NCBI RefSeq assembly: GCF_001574435.1
Contig: NZ_LOCN01000033.1
Location: forward strand, 6,408-38,407
Source of the DNA: Moritella sp. JT01
Lineage (GTDB): Bacteria; Pseudomonadota; Gammaproteobacteria; Enterobacterales; Moritellaceae
Direction of reading: 5' to 3'
DNA length: 32,000 nt
Part shown: positions 1 to 9,888 of the stretch, piece by piece
How the letters are laid out: each line of letters begins with the position of its first letter
Numbering within the stretch: position 1 is the first letter of the stretch
Notes under the pieces: model-generated
Told to the model about the DNA's origin: nothing
What the model saw: the letters and a program-made list of their open reading frames with translations, nothing else
Databases searched by the model: none
Position numbers and translations under genes: made by a program

Positions 1-258
1 CGGTTTATCTTGCAACATACGTTGCAACCAAGGTGTTAAATATGAACGCGCTTGAAAGCGATAACCACTGGCGACTTCCACCAGCTCTATACCTTTATCA
101 TGATAATCGGCACTTATCTCGGCAATATAGGCGGTCACTTGCTGACGGCTTAAATCATCATCGCCAAGTACATCACGGCATAAAGCCGCTAATGATAACG
201 GTTTCTTCGCAACAAAAATAGCCGCTTCAATAATCTGTTTATAAGGTGTTGTATTCAC
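1..258 (-). CDS. scpB: Segregation and condensation protein B, partial (N-terminal part; runs off the window)
   Basis: Not in the ORF track because it is open at the edge. The minus strand from GTG at 258 reads VNTTPYKQIIEAAIFVAKKPLSLAALCRDVLGDDDLSRQQVTAAYIAEISAHYHDKGIELVEVASGYRFQARSYLTPWLQRMLQDKP, typical of the ScpB N-terminus, directly downstream of scpA. Confidence 0.85.
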   Translation of the reverse strand, partial: MNTTPYKQIIEAAIFVAKKPLSLAALCRDVLGDDDLSRQQVTAYIAEISADYHDKGIELVEVASGYRFQARSYLTPWLQRMLQDKP

Positions 259-273
259 ACTCAGGTCTCACAC

Positions 274-1059
274 TTATTCGGCTAAACTTAAGTATATCTC
301 ACCCAAAGGATTATTCTGGATAAGGCTAATTAAAGACTCTTTAAGTAACTCGAGGATCGCCAGAAAACTCACCACAATACCGCGTCGACCTTCTTTAAGA
401 TCGAGTACTTGATGGAAAGTTCGCACTTTACCATCTTGCAGTAATGCCAATATATGGGTCATCTTTTCACGTGTGGTTAATACTTCACGTTGGATCTGAT
501 GACGCTCGAAGTGTTCTGCTTTCTTCAGTAATTTTTGCAGATTATACGCCAAGTCACGCAGAGATACTTCAGCTAATAACGGGGTTGTCGTAATATTTTC
601 TGGCAGTTCGGCGTTAGCAACAAAAATATCGCGCTGGATCCTTGGGTGATTATCCAAATTTTCTGCCGCGTTCTTAAAGATTTCATATTCTTGTAGCTGT
701 CGGATCAGCACGAGACGTGGATCGTCCAACTCTTCTTCTGCCACCACTAATTTAGGGAGCAGTAACCGTGATTTAATTTCAGCTAACAGGGCTGCCATGA
801 CCAAATACTCACCGGCAAGTTCAATTTTCAACGTAGTCATCAGATCCACGTATTCCATGTATTGCGCGGTGATTTGTTGCATCGGTAGCTGCAAAATATC
901 GAGTTTTTGCTTTTTGATTAAATACAGCAATAAATCTAACGGTCCTTCAAATGCGTCTAAGAATACACTCAGCGCATCTGGCGGAATAAACAAATCCTTG
1001 GGGACTTTACGTAATAACTCGCCATTAACCTTGGCAATCGCAGTGCTAGACTCTACCAC
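274..1059 (-). CDS. scpA: Segregation and condensation protein A
   Basis: 261 aa. AFEGPLDLLLYLIKKQKLDILQLPMQQITAQYMEY is the ScpA signature; adjacent to scpB. Confidence 0.93.
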   Translation of the reverse strand: MVESSTAIAKVNGELLRKVPKDLFIPPDALSVFLDAFEGPLDLLLYLIKKQKLDILQLPMQQITAQYMEYVDLMTTLKIELAGEYLVMAALLAEIKSRLLLPKLVVAEEELDDPRLVLIRQLQEYEIFKNAAENLDNHPRIQRDIFVANAELPENITTTPLLAEVSLRDLAYNLQKLLKKAEHFERHQIQREVLTTREKMTHILALLQDGKVRTFHQVLDLKEGRRGIVVSFLAILELLKESLISLIQNNPLGEIYLSLAE

Positions 1060-1062
1060 TGG

Positions 1063-1683
1063 TTACACGAAAGAAGATGCATCACCGGCACCTTGACGAA
1101 GAATAACGGCATCACCTTCCGAATAATCAATAACCGTTGTCGCTTGCTCGCCTAAGTAGCCACCATTGATGATGAGTTCCACTTGGTTTTCAAGTTGGTC
1201 TCGGATCGCTTCTGGATCAAACTCTGCACCTTCGTTACCCGGTAAGATTAACGACGTCGACATCATAGGTTCACCGAGCGCATCTAATAATGCTAACGCA
1301 ATTGTGTTGTCTGGCACACGAATACCGATTGTTTTACGCTTAGGGTTCACTAAACGACGCGGCACTTCTTTGGTCCCTTTAAAAATAAACGTGAACGGAC
1401 CTGGAGTATTATTTTTAAGCGCGCGATAAGCTTGATTATCAACGCGTGCGTACAGTGATAATTCCGATAAATCACGACACAACAAGGTAAAGTCATGGTC
1501 TTTATCTAACTTACGGATCTTACAAATACGCTCTAACGCCGTTTTATCACCAATATGACAGCCTAGCGCATAGCCAGAATCTGTTGGATAGATGATCACA
1601 CCGCCGTTACGTAAAATAGCAACCGCCTGACTGATTAAACGCGTTTGCGGATTATCAGGGTGCACATAGAAAAATTGACTCAT
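1063..1683 (-). CDS. yciO: YciO/Sua5/YrdC family protein (L-threonylcarbamoyladenylate synthase-like)
   Basis: 206 aa. GGVIIYPTDSGYALGCHIGDKTALERICKIRKLDKDHDFTLLCRDLSEL is typical YciO/YrdC; sits in the conserved rnm-yciO-scpA neighbourhood. Confidence 0.88.
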   Translation of the reverse strand: MSQFFYVHPDNPQTRLISQAVAILRNGGVIIYPTDSGYALGCHIGDKTALERICKIRKLDKDHDFTLLCRDLSELSLYARVDNQAYRALKNNTPGPFTFIFKGTKEVPRRLVNPKRKTIGIRVPDNTIALALLDALGEPMMSTSLILPGNEGAEFDPEAIRDQLENQVELIINGGYLGEQATTVIDYSEGDAVILRQGAGDASSFV

Positions 1684-1747
1684 AAATTATTACTCCTTCA
1701 CTGTTTAATGACCATCGCTGACACATCTTAATTACCACTTGGTAAAC

Positions 1748-2620
1748 TTAAGCGCCTTGCTCCACTGCAGAGGCAGGCTTCGCATCACCTTCAGGCCAAG
1801 ACGACCACACAGGGGTACAATCTTTAGGGATATATAAATTTCGACCTAATTCAGTCCAGCTGCTTGGTCGATGAAAATCAGAGCCAACAGACCCTGCTAA
1901 ATTATAATCGCGACTATAACTGGCCAACAGGGTGCGCTCGGTAATACCTTGTTGTGGTTGTCCCACTTCTAGGGCATCACCACCCGCTTCTTCGAAGGCA
2001 GCTAATAATCTTTTAAACCATTTAGTTGACAGTTTATACTGCAGCGGATGAGCCAGTACAGCTTGCCCACCGGATTGATGTATTATTTCTATCGTTTGTT
2101 CAATTGTTGCCCAGTTGGGTGGCACATAACCAGTTTTACCCTTAGCTAAGAAGCGTTTAAATACATTTTGAAAGGTATTCTCAACGCCTTGCTCAACCAA
2201 ATATTTGGCAAAGTGACTACGGGTAATACTGGCATCACCCGCAAGCGCTTTAGCGCCTTCATACGCACCAACAATACGTGCTTTAGCTAAACGATTACCC
2301 ATTTCAACCGCGCGTTCTTCACGCTTACTTCGCTGCTCAGCTAAAAATGCCTGCAGTTCCGGATTTTCTAGGTCAACATTTAGGCCAACGACATGAATCT
2401 CATGGTTTTGCCAATTAGTTGAAACTTCAACGCCATTGATCAAAGTAATAGGCAATGCATGCGCAGCAATCGTATCATGCGCTTCTTGCAAGCCATTAGT
2501 GGTATCGTGATCGGTAATAGCGAACACATCAACACGATGTTCAACCGCGCGTTGAACTAATTCAGCTGGAGTTAAAGATCCATCAGAGGCAGTGGTATGA
2601 GAATGTAGATCGTAAATCAT
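1748..2620 (-). CDS. rnm: PHP-domain phosphoesterase (RNase AM / 3',5'-nucleoside bisphosphate phosphatase, YciV/TrpH-like)
   Basis: MIYDLHSHTTASDGSLTPAELVQRAVEHRVDVFAITDHDTTNG is the PHP motif. The track ORF extends to 2674, but the conserved start MIYDLHSH is at 2620. Divergent from the trp operon as in enterics. Confidence 0.88.
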   Translation of the reverse strand: MIYDLHSHTTASDGSLTPAELVQRAVEHRVDVFAITDHDTTNGLQEAHDTIAAHALPITLINGVEVSTNWQNHEIHVVGLNVDLENPELQAFLAEQRSKREERAVEMGNRLAKARIVGAYEGAKALAGDASITRSHFAKYLVEQGVENTFQNVFKRFLAKGKTGYVPPNWATIEQTIEIIHQSGGQAVLAHPLQYKLSTKWFKRLLAAFEEAGGDALEVGQPQQGITERTLLASYSRDYNLAGSVGSDFHRPSSWTELGRNLYIPKDCTPVWSSWPEGDAKPASAVEQGA

Positions 2621-2718
2621 AAAATAGAGTATATCCAGCGATAAAAAGTCAGAAAAGGCATAATAAGGCCCCATTATAAGTTTTATTTAACAATTTCACA
2701 CAAAAATTAATAAATGTA

Positions 2719-2760
2719 TTGACAGTAATAGCCCTAACCGCCTAAGTTTAACCTACTTAG
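2719..2760 (+). promoter_or_regulatory. Putative trp promoter with overlapping dyad that may be a TrpR operator
   Basis: TTGACA at 2719-2724; -10 candidate TAAGTT at 2743-2748. Inverted repeat CTAAGT-N7-ACTTAG at 2742-2760 overlaps the -10, immediately upstream of trpL. Confidence 0.5.
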
Positions 2761-2782
2761 ATAACTTTATGGCTCAAACGCA

Positions 2783-2836
2783 ATGCAAAATATTACAAAC
2801 CAAACAATCAGTTGGTGGTGGCACATCCCTCTCTAA
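2783..2836 (+). CDS. trpL: trp operon leader peptide, MQNITNQTISWWWHIPL
   Basis: ATG at 2783, three tandem Trp codons TGG TGG TGG at 2813-2821, stop TAA at 2834-2836. It is directly followed by alternative hairpins and a terminator before trpE. The track ORF at 2769 is a different reading frame. Confidence 0.85.
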   Translation: MQNITNQTISWWWHIPL

Positions 2837-2927
2837 ACGGGCATGTGATTTTGTGATATCTGCAGTAAATGTAAATCTACAAAAAATAACAAACATTAAA
2901 GCCCGTTTCATTGAAACGGGCTTTTTT
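2822..2927 (+). promoter_or_regulatory. trp attenuator (segments 1-4 and intrinsic terminator)
   Basis: Pause hairpin CACAT/CCC (2822-2829) with GGG-c-ATGTG (2839-2847); antiterminator AAACGGGC (2835-2842) with GCCCGTTT (2901-2908); terminator GCCCGTTTC-ATT-GAAACGGGC (2901-2921) followed by TTTTTT. Confidence 0.9.
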
Positions 2928-2964
2928 ATTGGAAATTTGGACACACTAAAGCAAGGAAAGTGCG

Positions 2965-4596
2965 ATGACGCAACTATTAGCGCCAGGAAAATTACATTCG
3001 ATTCAGCAAGGTTGCCCTCATATTGACGATCCCCTTGCCTTCTATCGCCACATGTATCGCCCAAGCGGTAACAGCCTATTATTAGAATCGGCTGATATAG
3101 TCACCAAAACCGCACTGCAAAGTTTAATTTTGCTCGATGCCGCCGTTAAGATCGCCTGTTTTGGACGTACAGTTGAATTCACCGCGTTAACCTTGAATGG
3201 CGAGAACCTTTTGCCCTTCTTAGCCGATGAATTTAAAGCCAAACTTGGCAACGATGCCATTACCGCTCAGAGCCATAACAAACTCGCACTAACATTCGCC
3301 GCGACTGACGATAGTCTTGATGAAGATTCACGCTTACAGTCATCATCACCTTTCGATGCTTTACGTACCATTATCAACCGCGTCATTCCAGAAACACCTT
3401 TTCATGAAGCATTATTTCTCGGTGGCTGTTTTGCCTATGACATGATTGCCAGTGTTGAAGAATTACCAAGTGTGCCGGATGGCGTCAATATCTGTCCTGA
3501 TTTTGTATTCTATATTGCCGAAACCTTAATTGTGATTGATCGCCAAACCCAACAATCAAAATTAATCGGTAGTGTCTTTGGTGGTGAACACTTTGCCACT
3601 GCACTTAACGAAACAGAAGCAAAATTAGCCCGTATCCAAACGGAATGTGCGACAGTCTTAGCCGCAATACCAGAGTCTAAAGCAGCAGCACTAACAATCA
3701 AGGTTGATATTAGTGACAGTGAGTTCTGCGCGACAGTTGAAGATTTAAAAGACTACATCCGTAAAGGTGATATTTTCCAAGTTGTACCGTCACGTTGCTT
3801 TAGCTTACCTTGTCCAGATTCGTTAGCCGCTTATGCCAAACTAAAACAAACGAACGCAAGTCCGTACATGTTCTACCTAAACGATTCTGACTTTGTGTTA
3901 TTTGGTGCATCGCCAGAAAGTGCATTGAAATATGATGCGCAAACTAATGATGTAGAAATTTATCCGATTGCCGGTACTCGTCGTCGTGGTTTCCGTGCCG
4001 ATGGCTCTATTTGCCCCGACTTAGATGGCCGTATCGAATTAGAATTGCGCCAAGACAAGAAAGAAACTGCCGAACACATCATGCTGGTTGATTTAGCGCG
4101 TAATGACGTAGCCCGTATTAGTCAGCCGGGTACACGTTATGTGGCTAACTTATTAAACGTTGATCGTTACAGCTACGTCATGCACTTAGTGTCTCGCGTA
4201 AAAGGAAAACTACGTAATGACCTTGATGCCCTGCATGCATACCAAGCGTGTATGAACATGGGGACGTTAGTTGGCGCACCTAAGATCCGCGCCGCGGAAC
4301 TGGTTCGTCAAGTAGAACAACAACGCCGTGGTAGTTATGGTGGTGCCGTTGGTTACCTGACTGGTGATGGTACGATGGATACCTGTATTGTAATTCGCTC
4401 TGCATTTGTTAAAGATGGGACTGCGTATGTACAAGCTGGTGCGGGTGTGGTTTACGACTCAAACCCACAAGCTGAAGCCGAAGAAACCCGCAGTAAAGCA
4501 GCCGCTGTATTAAACGCCGTTGCCCTCGCACAAGGTTCATCATTAGCTGCCATCATGAAGGCAGAAGCTAACTCAACAACTAACAACGCCAAGTAA
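2965..4596 (+). CDS. trpE: Anthranilate synthase component I
   Basis: 543 aa; [54 protein letters not shown]; first gene of the trp operon, SD AAGGAAA. Confidence 0.96.
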   Translation: MTQLLAPGKLHSIQQGCPHIDDPLAFYRHMYRPSGNSLLLESADIVTKTALQSLILLDAAVKIACFGRTVEFTALTLNGENLLPFLADEFKAKLGNDAITAQSHNKLALTFAATDDSLDEDSRLQSSSPFDALRTIINRVIPETPFHEALFLGGCFAYDMIASVEELPSVPDGVNICPDFVFYIAETLIVIDRQTQQSKLIGSVFGGEHFATALNETEAKLARIQTECATVLAAIPESKAAALTIKVDISDSEFCATVEDLKDYIRKGDIFQVVPSRCFSLPCPDSLAAYAKLKQTNASPYMFYLNDSDFVLFGASPESALKYDAQTNDVEIYPIAGTRRRGFRADGSICPDLDGRIELELRQDKKETAEHIMLVDLARNDVARISQPGTRYVANLLNVDRYSYVMHLVSRVKGKLRNDLDALHAYQACMNMGTLVGAPKIRAAELVRQVEQQRRGSYGGAVGYLTGDGTMDTCIVIRSAFVKDGTAYVQAGAGVVYDSNPQAEAEETRSKAAAVLNAVALAQGSSLAAIMKAEANSTTNNAK

Positions 4597-4606
4597 CGGA
4601 GGCAAC

Positions 4607-5191
4607 ATGAACAATACTTTATTTTTATTAGACAACTTTGACTCTTTTACTTACAACCTCGTGGATCAATTCCGTAGCCTAGGACATGAGGTTAAAATTT
4701 ACCGTAACAGTATTAGTGCCGAAGCGATTAAACAGCAAATAGACCAATGTGAAAACAACCCTGTTGTGGTGCTTTCGCCGGGCCCAGGTAATCCATCAGA
4801 AGCCGGTTGTTTGTTGGAACTAATCCGCTTATGCCGCGGGCAATATCCTATGATTGGCATTTGTTTAGGACACCAAGCACTGGTACAACAGTATGGTGGC
4901 GTAGTTGGCCGTGCAGAAGAGATCATGCATGGTAAAGCCTCATCGATTAACCATGATGGTAAGTTAATGTTTGCCGGTTTAAGTCAGCCGTTACCTGTTG
5001 CACGCTATCATTCATTAGTCGCAACAGAAGTACCGAGCAGCTTAACCGTTAATGCTGAATTTAACGGTATGCCAATGGCAATTATTCAACCAGAAGATAA
5101 AGTAATTGGTTTTCAATTTCATCCAGAATCAATATTAACCAGTGAAGGCGCCGAGCTGTTAAAAAACACCCTAGCATGGGCAACAGCATAG
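4607..5191 (+). CDS. trpG: Anthranilate synthase component II (glutamine amidotransferase)
   Basis: 194 aa; [47 protein letters not shown]. Confidence 0.95.
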   Translation: MNNTLFLLDNFDSFTYNLVDQFRSLGHEVKIYRNSISAEAIKQQIDQCENNPVVVLSPGPGNPSEAGCLLELIRLCRGQYPMIGICLGHQALVQQYGGVVGRAEEIMHGKASSINHDGKLMFAGLSQPLPVARYHSLVATEVPSSLTVNAEFNGMPMAIIQPEDKVIGFQFHPESILTSEGAELLKNTLAWATA

Positions 5192-5215
5192 GTAACAAGC
5201 CCTAAGGAGTAGGTC

Positions 5216-6286
5216 ATGGCAGAATCAAACATCGTACCGGAAAAAGTAGTATCGGAAAACACGGCACCAGCAACAATCACCGCGATTCTAGAAAAATTAT
5301 ACGCAAACCAAGTACTGACTCTTGAAGAATCAGAAACCGTGTTTACGGCAGTGGTACGAGGTGAAATGGACCCTATCGTACTTTCGTCAGTGTTAACTGC
5401 ATTAAAAATACGCGGTGAACAGCCAGATGAGATTGCGGGTGCAGCGCAAGCATTACTCGCAGCAGCGACACCCTTCCCTGCTGTAGAAGGCCTACATGCC
5501 GATTGCTGTGGTACCGGTGGCGATAACATGAATACCATTAATATCTCAACAACAGCTGCGTTTGTCGCTGCTGCTTGTGGGTTAAAAATGACTAAACATG
5601 GTAACCGCAGCGTATCAAGTAAATCAGGCTCGTCAGACTTATTGGAAGCATTTGGTATTAATTTAACCCAAACCCCAGAGCAAGCAAAAGCCTGCCTTGA
5701 TGAATTGGGTATTTGCTTTTTATTCGCACCGCAATACCACGCCGGTATTCGCCATGCGATGCCTGTACGCCAAGCCCTTAAAACCCGCACCATCTTTAAT
5801 GTGCTAGGTCCTCTGCTCAATCCGACTCGCCCACAAGTACAGCTAATGGGTGTATATGATGAATGTTTAATTCGCCCAATCGCCGAAACCATGGATAAAC
5901 TCGGTGTGCAGCGTGCGTTAGTCGTACACGGTAGTGGTTTAGATGAAGTCGCCCTACACGGTGAAACTAAAGTTGCCGAGTTAAATAATGGCATGATCAC
6001 TGAATTCACAGTGAGCCCTGCCGATTTTGGTGTTGAACGTTATGACGTAGCCGAACTACGCGGCGGTGATGCAGCTGAAAATAAAGTCATTATCGAACGC
6101 CTCTTATCTGGTCACGGTACTGACGCACAAAAAGCCGCAGTAGCAATCAACGTATCGGCATTATTAGTGGTAGCAGAAATAGCCACAGACTTCAAACACG
6201 GTACTAAATTAGCAATGGCGGCAATTGATGATGGCCGTGCATTAGCCTTAATCCACCAGCTAGCAGTCAAAAGTCAGCAAATTTAG
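5216..6286 (+). CDS. trpD: Anthranilate phosphoribosyltransferase
   Basis: 356 aa; DCCGTGGDNMNTINIST, KHGNRSVSSKSGSSDLLEAFG, NPTRPQVQLMGVY. Confidence 0.96.
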   Translation: MAESNIVPEKVVSENTAPATITAILEKLYANQVLTLEESETVFTAVVRGEMDPIVLSSVLTALKIRGEQPDEIAGAAQALLAAATPFPAVEGLHADCCGTGGDNMNTINISTTAAFVAAACGLKMTKHGNRSVSSKSGSSDLLEAFGINLTQTPEQAKACLDELGICFLFAPQYHAGIRHAMPVRQALKTRTIFNVLGPLLNPTRPQVQLMGVYDECLIRPIAETMDKLGVQRALVVHGSGLDEVALHGETKVAELNNGMITEFTVSPADFGVERYDVAELRGGDAAENKVIIERLLSGHGTDAQKAAVAINVSALLVVAEIATDFKHGTKLAMAAIDDGRALALIHQLAVKSQQI

Positions 6287-6306
6287 TCATAAGGAAGGAA
6301 GCATAA

Positions 6307-7695
6307 ATGTTAACGCAAGAATTACAGCAAACCATTCTCGGTAATATTATTGACGATAAAGTGACTTGGGTTACAGCGCGTAAAGCCAGCCAACCATTAG
6401 CGAGTTTTATTGCTGATTTAATACCGACAGATCGTGATTTTTATGCCGCATTATCGGGTAAACCAACCAAGTTTATTCTGGAATGTAAGAAAGCATCTCC
6501 ATCAAAAGGGCTCATTCGCCCCGAATTTGATTTAGATTTAATTGCTGGCGTCTATAAAAACTATGCGGCTGCAGTCTCAGTATTAACGGATGAGAAATAC
6601 TTCCAAGGTGACTTTGACTACATCACTAAAGTACGTAATATCGTGACTCAACCAGTGATTTGTAAAGACTTTATTATTGATGAATACCAGATTTACTTAG
6701 CCCGTTTACACCAGGCAGATGCAACGCTGTTAATGTTATCGGTACTGGATGACGCTGAATATATTGCCTTAGCTAAAGTGGCTCACAGCTTAAACATGGG
6801 CGTACTTACCGAAGTCAGTAATGAAGCAGAATTAGTCCGTGCGATTGCGCTAGATGCAAAAGTGATCGGCATTAATAACCGTGACCTACGCGACTTATCC
6901 ATTGACTTAAACCGCACCAAAGAGATCGCCCCTCAGATCCCAAGTGATCGTATTATCATTTCAGAATCGGGGATCCACAATAACCAACAAGTACGCGATT
7001 TGGCGAACTACGCGAACGGCTTTCTCGTTGGCAGTTCATTAATGTCGCAAGACAACGTTGATTTAGCTTGCCGCCGATTGATTTTAGGTGACAATAAAGT
7101 CTGTGGCCTAACTCGTCCAGAAGACGCCAAAGTAGTGTATGAGCAAGGCGCTATTTATGGCGGACTTATCTTTGCACCAAAATCACCACGTTGTGTTAAC
7201 GTAGCAATAGCGCAAGAGGTCATTGCTGCTGCACCACTGGCTTACGTGGGTGTATTTGTGAATGAACAAGCAACAGTCGTTGCCCAGCTTGCTAATCATC
7301 TTGGTTTGGCCGCAGTACAATTACACGGCAGCGAAGATACAAGCTACATTGCGATATTAAAAACCTTACTCAATAACGACATACAAATTTGGAAAGCACA
7401 CGGGGTTAGCGAACAAGCACCCGATTTAAGCCTGACCAAGGTTGATCGTCATTTAGTTGATAGTAAGGTAGCGGGACAATCAGGTGGCACAGGACAGCCA
7501 TTTGATTGGTCGTTATTAACATCTGAAGATTGCAGTCAAATCATGTTGGCAGGCGGATTAACCCCTGACAACGTGCAAGACGCAGCAAAACTCGGTTGTT
7601 TAGGGCTGGACCTAAACTCAGGATTAGAATCAGCACCCGGTATTAAAGATACAGACAAAATTATCGCGGCATTTAACGCGCTTAGAAATTACTAA
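6307..7695 (+). CDS. trpCF: Bifunctional indole-3-glycerol-phosphate synthase / phosphoribosylanthranilate isomerase
   Basis: 462 aa; the N-terminal half has [20 protein letters not shown] and [16 protein letters not shown]; the C-terminal half has [18 protein letters not shown] and LQLHGSEDT (TrpF). Confidence 0.95.
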   Translation: MLTQELQQTILGNIIDDKVTWVTARKASQPLASFIADLIPTDRDFYAALSGKPTKFILECKKASPSKGLIRPEFDLDLIAGVYKNYAAAVSVLTDEKYFQGDFDYITKVRNIVTQPVICKDFIIDEYQIYLARLHQADATLLMLSVLDDAEYIALAKVAHSLNMGVLTEVSNEAELVRAIALDAKVIGINNRDLRDLSIDLNRTKEIAPQIPSDRIIISESGIHNNQQVRDLANYANGFLVGSSLMSQDNVDLACRRLILGDNKVCGLTRPEDAKVVYEQGAIYGGLIFAPKSPRCVNVAIAQEVIAAAPLAYVGVFVNEQATVVAQLANHLGLAAVQLHGSEDTSYIAILKTLLNNDIQIWKAHGVSEQAPDLSLTKVDRHLVDSKVAGQSGGTGQPFDWSLLTSEDCSQIMLAGGLTPDNVQDAAKLGCLGLDLNSGLESAPGIKDTDKIIAAFNALRNY

Positions 7696-7706
7696 AGGAA
7701 GTTATC

Positions 7707-8897
7707 ATGGCAAAACTTAATGCCTTTTTTGGCGAATTTGGCGGCCAATACGTATCGCAAATTTTAATACCTGCATTAGATGAATTAGAAGATGCATTTA
7801 TCGATTCACAAAATGATCCTGCCTTCGAAGCAGAGTTTCAAAAACTGTTAAATGAATACGCGGGTCGTCCAACACCATTGACGCTATGCCGTAACATTAC
7901 CAAAGGTTCAAAAACCAAGATCTACCTAAAACGTGAAGATCTACTTCACGGTGGCGCGCACAAAACTAACCAAGTACTAGGTCAAGCACTGCTGGCTAAA
8001 CGCATGGGTAAAACCGAGGTCATCGCAGAAACTGGCGCAGGCCAACACGGTACTGCATCTGCGTTAGCCTGTGCGTTATTGGGTCTAAAATGTCGCATCT
8101 ACATGGGTGTGAAAGACATGGAACGCCAAAAGCCGAACGTATTCCGCATGAAATTAATGGGTGCCGAAGTCATTGCCGTAGATTCTGGCGCAGGCACATT
8201 AAAAGATGCCTGTAATGAAGCATTACGTGACTGGTCTGCCAACTACGAAAATGCCCATTACCTACTAGGTACAGCGGCTGGTCCTCACCCATTCCCAACG
8301 ATTGTGCGTGAATTCCAAAAAATGATCGGGGAAGAAGCCAAACAACAGATCTTAAAAGCAGAAGGACGCTTACCCGATGCAGTTATTGCTTGTGTTGGTG
8401 GTGGTTCGAATGCCATTGGTATATTCAATGACTTTATCGAAGAAGAAAATGTCAAACTTTACGGTGTTGAGCCTGCAGGTAAAGGCATTGCCACTGGTCA
8501 GCATGGCGCGCCAATTGCCGAAGGTACCAACGGTATTTTCTTTGGTATGCACTCACTATTGATGCAGGATAACTATGGTCAGATTCAAGAGTCATATTCA
8601 GTATCTGCCGGTTTAGATTTCCCATCTGTGGGCCCACAACACGCACATTTATATACCACTGGTCGTGCAGAATATCCATCTGTAACCGATGAAGAAGCAT
8701 TAGCGTCATTCCAGTTATTATCATCGCAAGAAGGCATTATCCCTGCGCTAGAATCATCTCACGCATTAGCGTATGCACTACAGATGATGGAACAGGATAT
8801 GGATAAAGAACAAATCTTAGTGGTTAACTTATCTGGGCGTGGCGATAAAGATATCTTCACTGTAGCTGATATTCTTGAAGGTAAAGGAGCATTATAA
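7707..8897 (+). CDS. trpB: Tryptophan synthase beta subunit
   Basis: 396 aa; [43 protein letters not shown]. Stop overlaps the trpA start (TAATG). Confidence 0.97.
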   Translation: MAKLNAFFGEFGGQYVSQILIPALDELEDAFIDSQNDPAFEAEFQKLLNEYAGRPTPLTLCRNITKGSKTKIYLKREDLLHGGAHKTNQVLGQALLAKRMGKTEVIAETGAGQHGTASALACALLGLKCRIYMGVKDMERQKPNVFRMKLMGAEVIAVDSGAGTLKDACNEALRDWSANYENAHYLLGTAAGPHPFPTIVREFQKMIGEEAKQQILKAEGRLPDAVIACVGGGSNAIGIFNDFIEEENVKLYGVEPAGKGIATGQHGAPIAEGTNGIFFGMHSLLMQDNYGQIQESYSVSAGLDFPSVGPQHAHLYTTGRAEYPSVTDEEALASFQLLSSQEGIIPALESSHALAYALQMMEQDMDKEQILVVNLSGRGDKDIFTVADILEGKGAL

Positions 8898-9703
8898 TGG
8901 GACGTTATCAACAAGCTTTTGCTGCACTTGCAGAAAAAAATGAAGGCGCTTTTGTTCCATTTGTAACGATTGGCGATCCAAACCGCGAGCAATCAATGGC
9001 GATCATCGAAACGCTCATTGCAGCCGGCGCTGACGCGTTAGAACTCGGTATTCCGTTCTCAGATCCGGTGGCTGATGGCCCGACGATCCAAAAAGCCACG
9101 TCTCGTGCACTAAACGCAGGCATCAACCCTGATATCTGTTTTGAAATGCTCACTGAAATACGTGCTAAACACCCGCAAATACCAATTGGTTTATTGCTGT
9201 ATGCCAACCTAGTTTACGGTAATGGCACAGATAAGTTTATGGCTAAAGCCGCTGCGGCTGGCGTTGACTCATTATTGATTGCCGACGTGCCTGTACAATA
9301 CGGTCAACAATTTAAAGACGCTGGCGATAAAGTGGGTATCGAAAGTATCTACATCGCACCACCAAATGCCGATGAAGCAACGCTGAAACTGGTAGCAGAG
9401 CAAGGGTCTGGTTACACCTACCTACTTAGCCGCGCTGGAGTAACAGGTGCAGAGACTAAAGCAGAAATGCCAGTTGGTCCGTTATTAGACAAGCTAAAAT
9501 CATTTAATGCCGCGCCTTGTCTCCTTGGTTTTGGTATTTCATCACCAGAACAAGTTAAACAAGCTGTTGCAGCAGGTGCTGCGGGTGCTATTTCGGGTTC
9601 AGCTATTGTTAATATCATTGAGAAAAACCTGAATGACAATGAAACAATGCTGCAAGAACTCGCTGAGTTTGTGACGCCAATGAAAGCCGCGACAATTAAA
9701 TAG
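8897..9703 (+). CDS. trpA: Tryptophan synthase alpha subunit
   Basis: 268 aa; [51 protein letters not shown]. Confidence 0.97.
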   Translation: MGRYQQAFAALAEKNEGAFVPFVTIGDPNREQSMAIIETLIAAGADALELGIPFSDPVADGPTIQKATSRALNAGINPDICFEMLTEIRAKHPQIPIGLLLYANLVYGNGTDKFMAKAAAAGVDSLLIADVPVQYGQQFKDAGDKVGIESIYIAPPNADEATLKLVAEQGSGYTYLLSRAGVTGAETKAEMPVGPLLDKLKSFNAAPCLLGFGISSPEQVKQAVAAGAAGAISGSAIVNIIEKNLNDNETMLQELAEFVTPMKAATIK

Positions 9704-9721
9704 TCGAGTATAAACGAAATA

Positions 9722-9754
9722 TATACCCAAGTTATTTCAAGATGCTTGGGTATA
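9722..9754. repeat. 10-bp perfect inverted repeat TATACCCAAG-N13-CTTGGGTATA downstream of trpA
   Basis: Arms at 9722-9731 and 9745-9754, read directly from the sequence. Confidence 0.75.
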
Positions 9755-9770
9755 ACGCTTTACCAATGAA

Positions 9771-9838
9771 GCTCTTAGTGCCTATTATTATGCTATCGCA
9801 ATACGATAGTTATCATAAATGACGCTAAGGGCTTTTTT
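9771..9838 (+). terminator. Likely trp operon terminator with an internal hairpin
   Basis: Outer stem GCTCTTAGTG (9771-9780) with CGCTAAGGGC (9823-9832), including GU pairs, followed by TTTTTT. Inner hairpin CTATCG-CAATA-CGATAG (9793-9809). Confidence 0.65.
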
Positions 9839-9888
9839 AGTACTATAGATCACTCATCGCATTACCAACCAAGGAACAAGGAAGCACC

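Noticed and set aside
33-221. 62-aa plus-strand ORF at the left edge
   Set aside because: Antisense to the scpB N-terminal coding sequence.
797-1096. 99-aa plus-strand ORF, and similar shadow ORFs at 1166-1429, 3510-3701, 4699-4926 and 8370-8724
   Set aside because: All are antisense to well-supported genes (scpA, yciO, trpE, trpG, trpB).
2769-3026. ORF MAQTQCKILQTKQSVGGGTSLSKRACD... and its antisense at 2774-3064
   Set aside because: It overlaps the trp attenuator and runs into trpE out of frame. The biologically sensible frame is the short trpL peptide at 2783-2836.
5119-6009. 296-aa ORF on the minus strand
   Set aside because: Entirely antisense to trpD; the sense product is a clear TrpD, and the antisense protein shows no recognisable domain and a biased composition.
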